Assembly: GCA_964399125.1 (NCBI GenBank)
Contig: CAYNPS010000001.1
Coordinates: forward strand, 20,496-84,495
Direction: 5' to 3'
Source of the DNA: an uncultured Terriglobales bacterium
Lineage (GTDB): Bacteria > Acidobacteriota > Terriglobia > Terriglobales > Acidobacteriaceae
DNA: 64,000 nucleotides
Position numbers and translations under genes: made by a program. Each line of letters begins with the position of its first letter. Positions within the stretch are counted from its first letter, which is position 1. This document shows, piece after piece, positions 8,440 through 17,776 of this stretch. A model generated the notes under the pieces. The model did no database searches, had not been told where the DNA came from, and was given only the letters and a program-made list of their open reading frames with translations.

Positions 8440-8677
8440 AAGTACCTCACAAGAAGCCGGGCCCCACTAACTGGCCTGTTTTCAATGATAAGAATCTGGA
8501 ATGAATCGATGAATGCTGGAATCGGGAAGAGAGTGTTCACTTTCGGTGACAGCCGTTCGCGGAGGCTGACCACCACCGTATACGTGAGAAAATGGAGAGG
8601 GAAACACTTTCCCAAAGGAACGGAAACAGATTCGCCATCGAGAGTGCACGATGATGAACACTGAGATCGTCCCTACA

Positions 8678-10339
8678 CTAACTGGAAGGACAAGACAGAT
8701 CTTTTCTGACCATGAAGTAATAAACCGAAGGCTGGGGGTTCAGGAGCTTACAGAGTCGATAATTGCGGAGGATGTAATCACTTACCGGATCGGACGTTAC
8801 CGCTTCAAGGGGAGTTGAAGGCCAATTGCGAGCTACTCTCTCCGGGAAATTTGGGTCAATGAGTACGAACGGCGTTCGATCACTAGCCAATTCATGAACC
8901 ACCCATCTGTATTGCTCCGGTGTGTTCATACCTGGGAATAAGAACTGGTAAGACGTCGGGTTTGCAGTACCTGTGATGTAGGAATAGAACGGCTGGTATG
9001 GGTGAACGTAGACGTGCTCACCCTTTCCAAGCGCGGAACTGAGATACGCTGTGACTTGATCTTCTTGAGGGATCCGAACGTTTCCTCTGTACGTGTGGAG
9101 TTGGGGTAGCTTAAGCGGTGCGAGGAACGGCACCAACCCAAAACCACAAAATGAAAGCAGCAGGAAACCGCCAACAAGCGGCCTAATACTATCGAGAAAT
9201 TGTGTTTGGGGCGCCGGGAAATCGAAAATCGAAGGAAGCAGATACACGAATAACGGCGCTAAATACATCATGTGGCTTACATCCGCCCTTCCTGTCGCGA
9301 TTGCGGAAAGCCAGACCCCAAAGAAAATACAGCCCCCGAGTACCTGGTGATTAAACTCACATGACGTTTTCCAGAGGGCTCCGATCCGATAAGCGGTCGT
9401 AACAAGTACCATTACCGCCAAGGCAGGAATCAGCAGATAAGGCAATCTCAAAAACCCGAGCAGCAGCTTTTGCAGCGAAGGTCCCGACGCAAACATTGCG
9501 TGAATGCCAGTTCCAATCTGCGGTGCGAACCCATAGGGCACTCGATTGACAGAGGAATAGTGGTGGATAGGCCAGAACCACGCGGCCAGCATCGCGGAGA
9601 GTGCATGTTGAGAGGTGAAGTAGGCGAAGGTGAAGATCAATGGAAGGGCAGAGCCCGCCAGAACCCAACTGAGCTGAGCAAAAGAGAAGGAGCGGCGCCC
9701 CCGGTTTCGTAACAGCAAAGCAAGAACGGCAATCATTAACCCCAGCAGCAGTCCTGCGCCTTTTGATTGCTCAGTCAGGAACGTCAAGGACGCGGCAATA
9801 CCTAGGAGGAAGGCCCAACTGCGCTTAGGGGTATCCAGCAACCTGTGCGCACTGTAAACGGCAAACAGGGCATACAAAGAACTGTACCAATTGTGCAGTG
9901 AAAGGAATGCCGGAACTGCGCACTCAAGTACCAGCACGCACGCGGTTATCGATCCTGATCTCCCGGACATGCAACGTGCCAGTGAATACGTGATCGCTCC
10001 AAAGAGACCATATGTCACTAGGAGCACGCTTCGTGCGACCACAAGAGAATTACCGAACAATTTGAATGAGAGCGCAAGCAGGTAGTAGGATCCTGGTGTG
10101 AAGAACAGAAAAAAATCACGATAGGGCACCTGACCGTTCAAGATGCGCTGAGCACCGTCCAAGGTCATACCCTCATCGGCATCCAACGATGCGACGGGCA
10201 ATAGCGGAAAAAGGCAGATCACTATGGTGACGAAGACCATTATCGCGATCAGCAAATCGCGTCGAGATGGTTCGGAACGCGTTGGACGCGTTCCTGCGGC
10301 CTCTCTAGCCTGTTCGGACCTTGTTGCGCATTCAACCAT
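8678..10339 (-). CDS. Polytopic GT-C-type glycosyltransferase (family 39 / ArnT-PMT-like)
   Basis: 553 aa with many TM helices. The first extracytoplasmic loop carries SLDADEGMTLDGAQRILNGQVPYRDFFLFFTPGSYY, typical of PMT_2/ArnT-like enzymes. Confidence 0.7.
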   Translation of the reverse strand: MVECATRSEQAREAAGTRPTRSEPSRRDLLIAIMVFVTIVICLFPLLPVASLDADEGMTLDGAQRILNGQVPYRDFFLFFTPGSYYLLALSFKLFGNSLVVARSVLLVTYGLFGAITYSLARCMSGRSGSITACVLVLECAVPAFLSLHNWYSSLYALFAVYSAHRLLDTPKRSWAFLLGIAASLTFLTEQSKGAGLLLGLMIAVLALLLRNRGRRSFSFAQLSWVLAGSALPLIFTFAYFTSQHALSAMLAAWFWPIHHYSSVNRVPYGFAPQIGTGIHAMFASGPSLQKLLLGFLRLPYLLIPALAVMVLVTTAYRIGALWKTSCEFNHQVLGGCIFFGVWLSAIATGRADVSHMMYLAPLFVYLLPSIFDFPAPQTQFLDSIRPLVGGFLLLSFCGFGLVPFLAPLKLPQLHTYRGNVRIPQEDQVTAYLSSALGKGEHVYVHPYQPFYSYITGTANPTSYQFLFPGMNTPEQYRWVVHELASDRTPFVLIDPNFPERVARNWPSTPLEAVTSDPVSDYILRNYRLCKLLNPQPSVYYFMVRKDLSCPSS

Positions 10340-10345
10340 GGCGTC

Positions 10346-11050
10346 CTAAGGTTTATTAGCGGTTGTCGCGTGCTGTGCGCCTGCTGGACACCACTTGAGA
10401 ACTGGTTCAAACCGCCGCAACCACGAGAGCCAGCGTGGAAAAAACACGATGTAATCTGTCTTGGGTCGTGATCCTAGCGCTTGGAGACACAGTGAACGCA
10501 CCTCGCTTGAATGCAGCAGTACGACGCCTTCGTCGAACGGGCAATGTGATACTGCCCACCTGGTCACGGGATTCAAAGGATTATGTTCGAAAATCATGAT
10601 TCTTCCGCCGGGCGACAGTCGCGATGCGGCCTCCGCAACTACGGAGCGCCGCTCTTCTGGCGCAATGTGGTGTAGCACATTGGCGAGAACTACAACTTCG
10701 TAATTGGTTCCGAGTTCAGCGAGATCCGAGGTAAACACCCCTTGGGATCGCAACTCGGGATCAATCCGTTCGAGGCTGTTCGCCGATACATCGAAGCCGT
10801 CAACTTGCATTTTGGGGACGCGCCGCCTCAGGTAACGGGCCAAAATCCCGACGCCGCAGCCATAGTCGAGAATTCTGCCGTTGGCCCGCACTGTTGAGAG
10901 AACCCGCGCGAGGTATTTTGCCTTGTAATCCGCAAAATATTCGGAGTTTTCGCCAGTGATCTGAACGTTTTCATCTACCAGCTGGCGATAACCTTCGGCT
11001 ACTGAGTCAAACTGTGCCTCTTGCCGGCGAGTTGTCGTCTCACATGACAT
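10346..11050 (-). CDS. Class I SAM-dependent methyltransferase
   Basis: 234 aa. Motif I is ILDYGCGVGILARYL. A post-I acidic residue is present, along with VVLANVLHHI and GGRIMIFE blocks. Confidence 0.85.
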   Translation of the reverse strand: MSCETTTRRQEAQFDSVAEGYRQLVDENVQITGENSEYFADYKAKYLARVLSTVRANGRILDYGCGVGILARYLRRRVPKMQVDGFDVSANSLERIDPELRSQGVFTSDLAELGTNYEVVVLANVLHHIAPEERRSVVAEAASRLSPGGRIMIFEHNPLNPVTRWAVSHCPFDEGVVLLHSSEVRSLCLQALGSRPKTDYIVFFPRWLSWLRRFEPVLKWCPAGAQHATTANKP

Positions 11051-11097
11051 GGGCCTTCAGCTCCATTGGTACTTCCCTGGATCATCTTGCGTGACCG

Positions 11098-12081
11098 TTA
11101 TTTCTCCTGGCCGGCGGCACGAGCGAGAACAAGCGGCCGCTGCACGCTGTCAAAGCCGATCCGCTCACGAACCACATACAATGGGCGACGCTTCGATTCA
11201 CCGTAAATCCTGCCAATGTACTCTCCGATGATCCCCATGCAGATCAGTTGAACGCCACCGATGAACAGAACCGTGACCAGGATGCTAGCCCAACCTTTTA
11301 CCAGTCCGGGCATGCCGATCAGGTGCTCGATGACTGTAACCAGTATTCCCATTATTGCAAGCCCCGATGCGGCGAAACCAAGCCATGTAGCGATACGCAA
11401 CGGGATAATGGAAAATGAAAAGATTCCGTCGGCCGCGAACTTCAGCATCTTGAACAACGGATACTTGGTTACTCCCGCCGCTCGTGCAGCTCTGCGATAA
11501 GGAACTGCAACTGTTGAAAAGCCTAACCAGCTCACCATGCCGCGCATGAAACGATCACGCTCCGGCATGGCCAACAGCGCATCCACCACACGGCGGTCCA
11601 TCAAGCGGAAATCACCGGTGTCCAGCGGAATGTTTGTCTCCGAGAGCCTGTTGATGGAGTGATAGAACAGCTTGGCAGTCCAAAGCTTGAAAGGCGTCTC
11701 CCCGTCGCGTTCCGTCCGGAGCCCATACACGACGTCAAAGCCTTCCATCCATTTCGCGACGAAATCGGTGATGACCTCAGGCGGATCCTGCAAATCAGCA
11801 TCGATCACCACCACAGCGTCGCCCGCAGCGTTTTCGAGGCCTGCAGTGATGGCCATTTGGTGTCCAAAATTCCGCGAAAAACGAACCACCCGAATGCGAT
11901 GGTCCGCCTGTTGAAACTCCCGTAATATTTCCGGAGTTCTGTCCGTACTGCCATCGTCAACGTAGACGATTTCGAATTTGTACGGCAGCATCTCCAAGAG
12001 AGAAACGAGCCTGCGATTGCTACTGAGCAGCACGTCCTGTTCGTTAAAGCATGGCACAACCACGGAGATCAGTTCCGCCAT
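11098..12081 (-). CDS. GT2 polyprenyl-phosphate sugar synthase (Dpm1/ArnC/GtrB-like)
   Basis: 327 aa. Motifs seen: ISVVVPCFNE, VYVDDGSTDRT, NFGHQMAITAGL and VVIDADLQDPPE, plus two C-terminal TM helices. This is the architecture of ArnC/GtrB-type enzymes. Confidence 0.85.
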   Translation of the reverse strand: MAELISVVVPCFNEQDVLLSSNRRLVSLLEMLPYKFEIVYVDDGSTDRTPEILREFQQADHRIRVVRFSRNFGHQMAITAGLENAAGDAVVVIDADLQDPPEVITDFVAKWMEGFDVVYGLRTERDGETPFKLWTAKLFYHSINRLSETNIPLDTGDFRLMDRRVVDALLAMPERDRFMRGMVSWLGFSTVAVPYRRAARAAGVTKYPLFKMLKFAADGIFSFSIIPLRIATWLGFAASGLAIMGILVTVIEHLIGMPGLVKGWASILVTVLFIGGVQLICMGIIGEYIGRIYGESKRRPLYVVRERIGFDSVQRPLVLARAAGQEK

Positions 12082-12083
12082 GA

Positions 12084-13748
12084 CTACCTCCCCTGTGCAC
12101 GAAGATTGTTATCCTGCGGAATGAGCGCATTCGCCATGGGAGCCCCGCTCAAGCCGGCGTGTTGCCCACCGTCCCTCCTCACAAACAAGGAACTGATATC
12201 ATCCGAATAAACTCGCTCCCAGTTTGGAAGCGAAGCAAGAACTACTGAAAGCGGCTCGTTGCGGTGAACCATGCAGGTACGAATTTGATATGCATTTAGT
12301 ACCTGCACCGCCCCGGTTTCCAGCCTCGTGATCCGCATGTAATCGGGAAATACGCCGACTTCCTCGAACATCTCTCCACGTCCATCGACAAACGTTTTAT
12401 ATCCCGAACCAATCAGGTAACCGCCGAAAGTGTAGGTATTGAAGAGGGGTCCGGGAAGTGGATGCTGGCGCATGTAATTCAAAGCATGTACCGGAAAGTG
12501 TTTCGCCACCTTCTCTTGTAAAGCGGCCTTCGACGGAAAGTAGTGAACCATTCCGAACAGGATTGCTGTCATCAGGACAAAGTTGAGCAGGTATTTGTCT
12601 TTGGACCTGTTGTACAAAGGTATCCACGGTGCGGCGACCGCGGCCAGGAGTGGCGCAAAAAACGGCACAAACAGGAGCAAGAAACGTACGTGCAAGCATG
12701 CCATACCGATGCCGCCGAACAAGAGCATCGCCTCCGCAAGATGCAGTTGAAATCGAAATGCCATTTGCGCTAGGAAAAACCCCAGCACGAAAAAAAGAAA
12801 GATCTTGCCGAAGCACTCATTGAACGACATTGGAAGCCATTCGATGACGCTTGCAATTGCCACTGGATACTTCGAGGCAACTTTGAACGGATATGCGGCG
12901 AGTTCACTTCCGTATGGCGTAATCGGAATCGCAGCGAGAGAGAGCATCAAAACGGTTTCGAGTTGTAACCGCTGGGAACTCATCCAGCGTCGGGCCTCCA
13001 GGCTTCCCGACTGGAACTCAAACAGGCCGCAGACGAGGTACGCGGCAATTACGCCAAGCCCGATGACCCACGATCCGTGCGTATTGATCCAGATCAGCAG
13101 CAGTGGTGGAAGGAACCATATAGCGCGTTGCTTTCCTTGCCGGAAGCGCTCGAGCGCGATGAGCGTCAGGACGAGAAAGAGGTAGCCGAGCATTTGCGGT
13201 CGCAGATTGAACGACACCCACGTGATCGGGAGCAGTGTAGCCGCCGCGACAAATCCTGCCTTTGAGTTCCGCGAACGCAGCGTCGCGAATGCGTAGATCG
13301 CCAGGACCACTGCGCTGGCCATCGCAAGATTGACTGCATGCAGACCTTGCAGTCCCTTCCACCGATAAATAGCAGCAAGGAAGACATCACCAAGCCATTC
13401 GCACGCGATCCATGGCGCGTGAAAGGATGTGTACGAGTACGGATCCGTCGTTGGCCATTTATGAGTCGAGAGGATCAGTTCTCCGGTTCTAAGGTGCCAC
13501 CAGAGATCTGGATCAACCTTGAACGCTAGCAAGGCCCTGGAAAGAACTGCCACCAACAGCGCGCCGAGCAGCACTGGAAACGAGACCGCCTGCTTTGCGA
13601 GTTCCCACAACAATTTTCCAGTCGCAGCAGTAGCTTCTAGCTCGCCTGAACCCGGTGCCTCGGCGGTTATAACCCCCACTCCATCGCTACTTCGCACCGG
13701 CAAACACCCCGATGTCGCCGTCGCATCTATTGTATTGGCGTTACTCAT
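12084..13748 (-). CDS. Polytopic membrane protein, GT-C-like putative glycosyltransferase
   Basis: 554 aa with more than 10 predicted TM helices. An acidic first-loop motif, KVDPDLWWHLRTGELILSTHKWPTTDPYSY, is present. The gene is separated by 2 nt from the GT2 gene. The family assignment is an inference. Confidence 0.55.
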   Translation of the reverse strand: MSNANTIDATATSGCLPVRSSDGVGVITAEAPGSGELEATAATGKLLWELAKQAVSFPVLLGALLVAVLSRALLAFKVDPDLWWHLRTGELILSTHKWPTTDPYSYTSFHAPWIACEWLGDVFLAAIYRWKGLQGLHAVNLAMASAVVLAIYAFATLRSRNSKAGFVAAATLLPITWVSFNLRPQMLGYLFLVLTLIALERFRQGKQRAIWFLPPLLLIWINTHGSWVIGLGVIAAYLVCGLFEFQSGSLEARRWMSSQRLQLETVLMLSLAAIPITPYGSELAAYPFKVASKYPVAIASVIEWLPMSFNECFGKIFLFFVLGFFLAQMAFRFQLHLAEAMLLFGGIGMACLHVRFLLLFVPFFAPLLAAVAAPWIPLYNRSKDKYLLNFVLMTAILFGMVHYFPSKAALQEKVAKHFPVHALNYMRQHPLPGPLFNTYTFGGYLIGSGYKTFVDGRGEMFEEVGVFPDYMRITRLETGAVQVLNAYQIRTCMVHRNEPLSVVLASLPNWERVYSDDISSLFVRRDGGQHAGLSGAPMANALIPQDNNLRAQGR

Positions 13749-13802
13749 CCCTGGAGGTCTCCTCCCTGGTAACTCCCTTTTGATGTTCCCAAATGGTTAC
13801 AC

Positions 13803-14258
13803 TTGCAGGTATCCATGCGCGTCGAATTCAAGCCTTCGTTCCTGATCGCGTTCGTCGTCCTGTCGGCCACTGTCGCAGTCTCCTTCGGACTGGAGCGCGG
13901 TTTGCTTGCCGGCGCTGTCCTAACTGCCTGTCTTTACTTACACGAGGCAGGCCATGCCATGATGTCGCTTCGCCGCAGCGTGCGAGTTACTGCCATTGGC
14001 CTCTCCGTGAAAGGCGGTTATACCGTCCGCGCCGACTCCGGCGATTGGGTCACAGAGGCTCAATCTGCAATTTCCGGTCCACTTGTGAATTTGCTGCTGG
14101 CCTGGATGTTCACCAGGATTGGGGGAGTCTACTGGCGCTGGCTCGGCACTGCCAATTTGGTGCTTGGCGTGAGCAACCTGATTCCCTTCCGCGGATCGGA
14201 TGGATGGCGCCTGTGGAGGGCGCTGCTTAGCCCGGTCACCCGTCCGAAGGAAAGTTAA
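13803..14258 (+). CDS. Small M50 (site-2 protease-like) membrane metalloprotease
   Basis: 151 aa. HEAGH sits in a TM helix, with NLIPFRGSDGWRL as the third-ligand motif (NxxPxxxxDG). It is the only plus-strand gene in the first 23 kb. Confidence 0.7.
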   Translation: MQVSMRVEFKPSFLIAFVVLSATVAVSFGLERGLLAGAVLTACLYLHEAGHAMMSLRRSVRVTAIGLSVKGGYTVRADSGDWVTEAQSAISGPLVNLLLAWMFTRIGGVYWRWLGTANLVLGVSNLIPFRGSDGWRLWRALLSPVTRPKES

Positions 14259-14300
14259 TTCCTTTCCTCACGGCCAACAGGACAACAGAGAGCTCGTTTC

Positions 14301-14837
14301 CTAGTGAGCAATGATCATGTCGGAAGTGCTCGATAGGGTGATGCCATTCCTCGAGACGAATGGGAACAGAAACTGGAAGTCATAGCTTACCTGCACGTGG
14401 ACGGTACAGCCGGGATAGTTGTAAGTTGTGCCGCAGAGAGTCGGGCTCGTCGACTGAACAGGCCAGGTCACGCTGGTGCTGAGGCAGCCTGATCCACCGC
14501 ATCCCGTACTGCTGCTGTTAATACCATTAGGCGCGATGCTACTTACGTAACTGCCTATGCAGGCGGAGGTGGCGTAATCAGCGCAATGGCTGTCATTCCA
14601 GCAACTCGCAATACCATCAGTATCATTCTTGCATGTTGAACCGCGAACTGCCGCATACCGACTGGCTTCACGCGCTGCGTTAGAGACGAAGTGATATGCA
14701 TAGACTGCGCGACTGAACTCGGTAATGCCTAACATCATGGTTAGCAACAGGAAACTCACTAGCGCAAATTCCACAAGCGTGCTGCCGGTTTGCTGGCTGT
14801 TCTGAGAATCTTTCCGGGATAATGATGTGATCGTCAT
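14301..14837 (-). CDS. tadE: TadE/TadF-like pseudopilin
   Basis: 178 aa. The N-terminus QQTGSTLVEFALVSFLLLTMMLGITEFSRAVYAYH is a TadE-like domain with a G/xxxxE processing motif. It overlaps the upstream tadE-like gene by 4 nt. Confidence 0.85.
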   Translation of the reverse strand: MTITSLSRKDSQNSQQTGSTLVEFALVSFLLLTMMLGITEFSRAVYAYHFVSNAAREASRYAAVRGSTCKNDTDGIASCWNDSHCADYATSACIGSYVSSIAPNGINSSSTGCGGSGCLSTSVTWPVQSTSPTLCGTTYNYPGCTVHVQVSYDFQFLFPFVSRNGITLSSTSDMIIAH

Positions 14838-15370
14838 TGCTGAATCACTCTCATAGTGGAACTTCTGGAGATAGTGATGGTTCTGGGTACGCCCGGGAAT
14901 CTGAACAATGAGTCAAACGTGCCGGACGCATTCACCGTCAACATAACTACCCAGTTCGCCCCTCCGGTGCAGGTGCCGGCCGTTGTGGTTCCGTTACAAA
15001 CTTGCGAAGTTATGGTGCCGCCACTGTCGCATCCGCAGGACGCAGAAGAGGTAACCGTGATTTGCCCACCTGCCGTACATGCGTTCGTGTCTCCCTCGAA
15101 ATCGAGGCTCGCGGCATCACAAATGCCAGTCGTGTTAACTGAAAGCGGAAGACTCTGACTACCGTAAGCAGCCCCTGCGCGCGCGGCATTTCCAACCTTA
15201 ATCCCTAGGTACGCGAAACGGCCCATCTCGACCGCCCCAATTGCGAGTGCGAGTAATAACGGCGCAACGAGGGCAACTTCAACCAAGCTCTGACCCGACT
15301 GTGAAAAGCGTTTTGCAACGGTCCTGGCGCTGCCCTGACGAAGGCTGAACGTAAAGTTTGTTGCTCTCAT
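14834..15370 (-). CDS. tadE: TadE/TadF-like pseudopilin
   Basis: 178 aa. SQSGQSLVEVALVAPLLLALAIGAVEMGRFAY is a TadE-like N-terminus. Confidence 0.85.
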   Translation of the reverse strand: MRATNFTFSLRQGSARTVAKRFSQSGQSLVEVALVAPLLLALAIGAVEMGRFAYLGIKVGNAARAGAAYGSQSLPLSVNTTGICDAASLDFEGDTNACTAGGQITVTSSASCGCDSGGTITSQVCNGTTTAGTCTGGANWVVMLTVNASGTFDSLFRFPGVPRTITISRSSTMRVIQQ

Positions 15371-15373
15371 CGA

Positions 15374-16696
15374 TTACTCCACCAAGATCGCATTCGAGAA
15401 CAAGGAAACACCGGCTGGCAACCCCGCCGAGCCTTGCAGGTTGACAGTCGGATTGCCACTCAGTGCGAGCGATTGCGCGACCACGACGGCAACACTGAAG
15501 CTGGTATTGTTCCCAAAAAAGGTAATCTGGTCACTTGGGAAGTATAAGGCGCCGTCATAGAAGCTCGCGCTATCCCCTCCCATGGTGGGGCCGTTCGGAT
15601 TGGGACCAACGTTAGTATCTGCAGGATCCTGGTACATTAGGATGCCAGCGTACGTTCCGGAACTCGGCGCTGTCAGTTTAACGTCAGGCGTGCCCGTCAT
15701 ATTCACTGTGGCTGTGCCGGTGAAATAGAAAGTGACGCCTGTCCCAGAAATGCTTGAAGTGCCGTCAACGTTTAAACCACCAGAACCGCTGATGTAGTAC
15801 AGGCCAGGGGCAAACGTCACATTTGAATTCTTACCGACATTTATCGAGTCATAAGCGCCCGGTTGCAGTGTCTGAGCCCCTTTTGCTGTCGAAACATTGC
15901 ACGCCCCATTAGCGGGACAACTTGAGGAAGCAGCAGGCTTGCTCGGAGGTGTCACTTTGGCGAGGGGGTCGCCGGAGGACGGCATTCCAGTGGCGGGGCA
16001 TGGACCAATTTGATCGGTACACGTAACCGTACCTCCGGGTCCGCTGGAAACCACTGATCCTGCGGTGCCAAAAGTCGCGGTATTCACGATGAGCTTGTTT
16101 CCCTTCGTGTTGAAATTCCCGTTATCGACAATTCCGCACGTCGTGGCATTCAGAACTGCACTGCCATTAATGTTAACGCCCTCGATGCTATCGGTCGGTT
16201 GCCCCAGTGTGTATAAACACCCGCTGTTCGGTCCACCACCGGTCACGTTCGTTGCAACGGCACGTGCAGTGAAGGTCGTCTTGTTGATACCAAGTACCTT
16301 CATGAAGTACGTGGTATTGACCTTCGCTACGAGGGCCTCCACGTACTTGCTCTTACCCGCGTGCGGTCCACTAGTGGGGGGATTGTTTACCTGCACACAT
16401 ACAGTTCCGACCGATGCAGAGGTCGTACAGTTTGAAATCGCATTGCCGCCGCTATCGCTGAATCCATTCGACGCGGCCGCATTGTATCCAGACGCCTGAA
16501 CACCGCTGCCAAATGCGAGGTCCTGCGCCGCGGCAGTAGCTGCGGAATCCGCTGCGGTCTGCTGCAGACGCTTTTCATAACGCATTACACCGGCATCAAT
16601 CGCCAAACCTACAACGGCCGTGAGAGCGACCAGTCCAGTCGCAGTAAGCACCAAAGCTTGGCCTGCTTCTTTTCTGTTTCGAATTCTGCGTATCAT
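15374..16696 (-). CDS. tadG: TadG-like pilus-associated protein
   Basis: The ORF track gives 15374..16774. I prefer the ATG at 16696, which has GGAGG 5 nt upstream. The N-terminus MIRRIRNRKEAGQALVLTATGLVALTAVVGLAIDAGVMRYEKRLQ is a TadG-type domain. The rest is rich in G/T/S/N and looks beta-helix-like. Confidence 0.8.
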   Translation of the reverse strand: MIRRIRNRKEAGQALVLTATGLVALTAVVGLAIDAGVMRYEKRLQQTAADSAATAAAQDLAFGSGVQASGYNAAASNGFSDSGGNAISNCTTSASVGTVCVQVNNPPTSGPHAGKSKYVEALVAKVNTTYFMKVLGINKTTFTARAVATNVTGGGPNSGCLYTLGQPTDSIEGVNINGSAVLNATTCGIVDNGNFNTKGNKLIVNTATFGTAGSVVSSGPGGTVTCTDQIGPCPATGMPSSGDPLAKVTPPSKPAASSSCPANGACNVSTAKGAQTLQPGAYDSINVGKNSNVTFAPGLYYISGSGGLNVDGTSSISGTGVTFYFTGTATVNMTGTPDVKLTAPSSGTYAGILMYQDPADTNVGPNPNGPTMGGDSASFYDGALYFPSDQITFFGNNTSFSVAVVVAQSLALSGNPTVNLQGSAGLPAGVSLFSNAILVE

Positions 16697-16867
16697 CGCG
16701 ACCTCCACCTCTTCTGGGGCCCTAATAGAACATCTAACCTGTAGGGGGACGGGAGCTCCGAGCCGAAAGTCCAACGAGAGTTCCGGTAATTTAGCTGGAT
16801 TCTGAACACCTTACAAGCCCTACTTCAAGTTAATCGTTAACCAAACATCACCCGAACTGCCCTACGC

Positions 16868-17776
16868 CTATGCTCTCAACCCGGCAAACTCCGGTAAAAC
16901 CTCGAACTGAGCTCTAACCGATGGCAAGCTTTCGCCGATCTGCTGAATCTTGCTCTCCGCCACATGACCCAGTAGATAAGCGGCTTTGCGCAAATACTTG
17001 ATTCGCTCCGGAACCAACCCCATCAGTCGTGTGCAGGTTGCATCCACGGCAACCGGATCCCTGCCGAACACTAGCACGCCGCAGTGGCGCGGAGTTCCCT
17101 GCGACGGGCCATTCCCTTCCATGCCGACGATGCCGTCCACAATTGCGAAATCGGGTCCGACCGTGCTGTTCAGGTCGAGAATCGCCTCATCAATGCCGGC
17201 CCAGTGCAGCACGTTCTTTGGCCATCCATAGCAACCGCCCGGTACTACGCCGAACATGTTTTTGAGTGACAATGTGACTCCGGCCCAGTGATGCGTTTTC
17301 AGCTTGGCGATTGAAACGACAAAATCTGCCCTCAATAATGTCTTCGGGAAACAAAGTTCACGCAGCCGCGACGCATGTGTTTTCAGCTGCACCTTTTGAA
17401 CGTCATCGAGGTTCAAATCGGCAAAGAACTTTGATGGATCGCCAAGAAAATTGCGGAACCGAACCGATTCCAACACCGCTTGTGCGTCGCGCTCGAGAGC
17501 CGGTCCGTCCCCTATCATGACTGACTTTGCACCCAGTCGTCGAAACGCTTCGCGCGCGCCTTCTATGACCACAGGATGCGTATTGATGAAGCCGCCAGGA
17601 TCAAAAGCGACAAGGTTCGGCTTCAGCAAAACATCCTTGTCGCGGACGTCCAGTTTGAACTGTTGCAGCGTCTCGAAGATGAGCGAGGCCATGTCCTCGG
17701 CGTAGCTGGCCACCTTTCGAATAGCGACCGGCGAAGCTGGGCGCGAAAAACTCGGCTGTAAGTTTGCGCTCCTCAT
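16868..17776 (-). CDS. DUF362 domain protein
   Basis: The track ORF is 16868..17845. The ATG at 17776 overlaps the upstream stop in an ATGA arrangement. Motifs VLLKPNLV...THP, KLKTHHWAGVTLSLKNMFGVVPG and VDGIVGMEGNGP match DUF362. Confidence 0.75.
   Translation of the reverse strand: MRSANLQPSFSRPASPVAIRKVASYAEDMASLIFETLQQFKLDVRDKDVLLKPNLVAFDPGGFINTHPVVIEGAREAFRRLGAKSVMIGDGPALERDAQAVLESVRFRNFLGDPSKFFADLNLDDVQKVQLKTHASRLRELCFPKTLLRADFVVSIAKLKTHHWAGVTLSLKNMFGVVPGGCYGWPKNVLHWAGIDEAILDLNSTVGPDFAIVDGIVGMEGNGPSQGTPRHCGVLVFGRDPVAVDATCTRLMGLVPERIKYLRKAAYLLGHVAESKIQQIGESLPSVRAQFEVLPEFAGLRA

Noticed and set aside
8409-8615. 68-aa ORF in the flp-1 upstream region
   Set aside because: It has no Shine-Dalgarno and no recognisable features. 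It sits in what looks like promoter or leader DNA containing the regulatory motifs.
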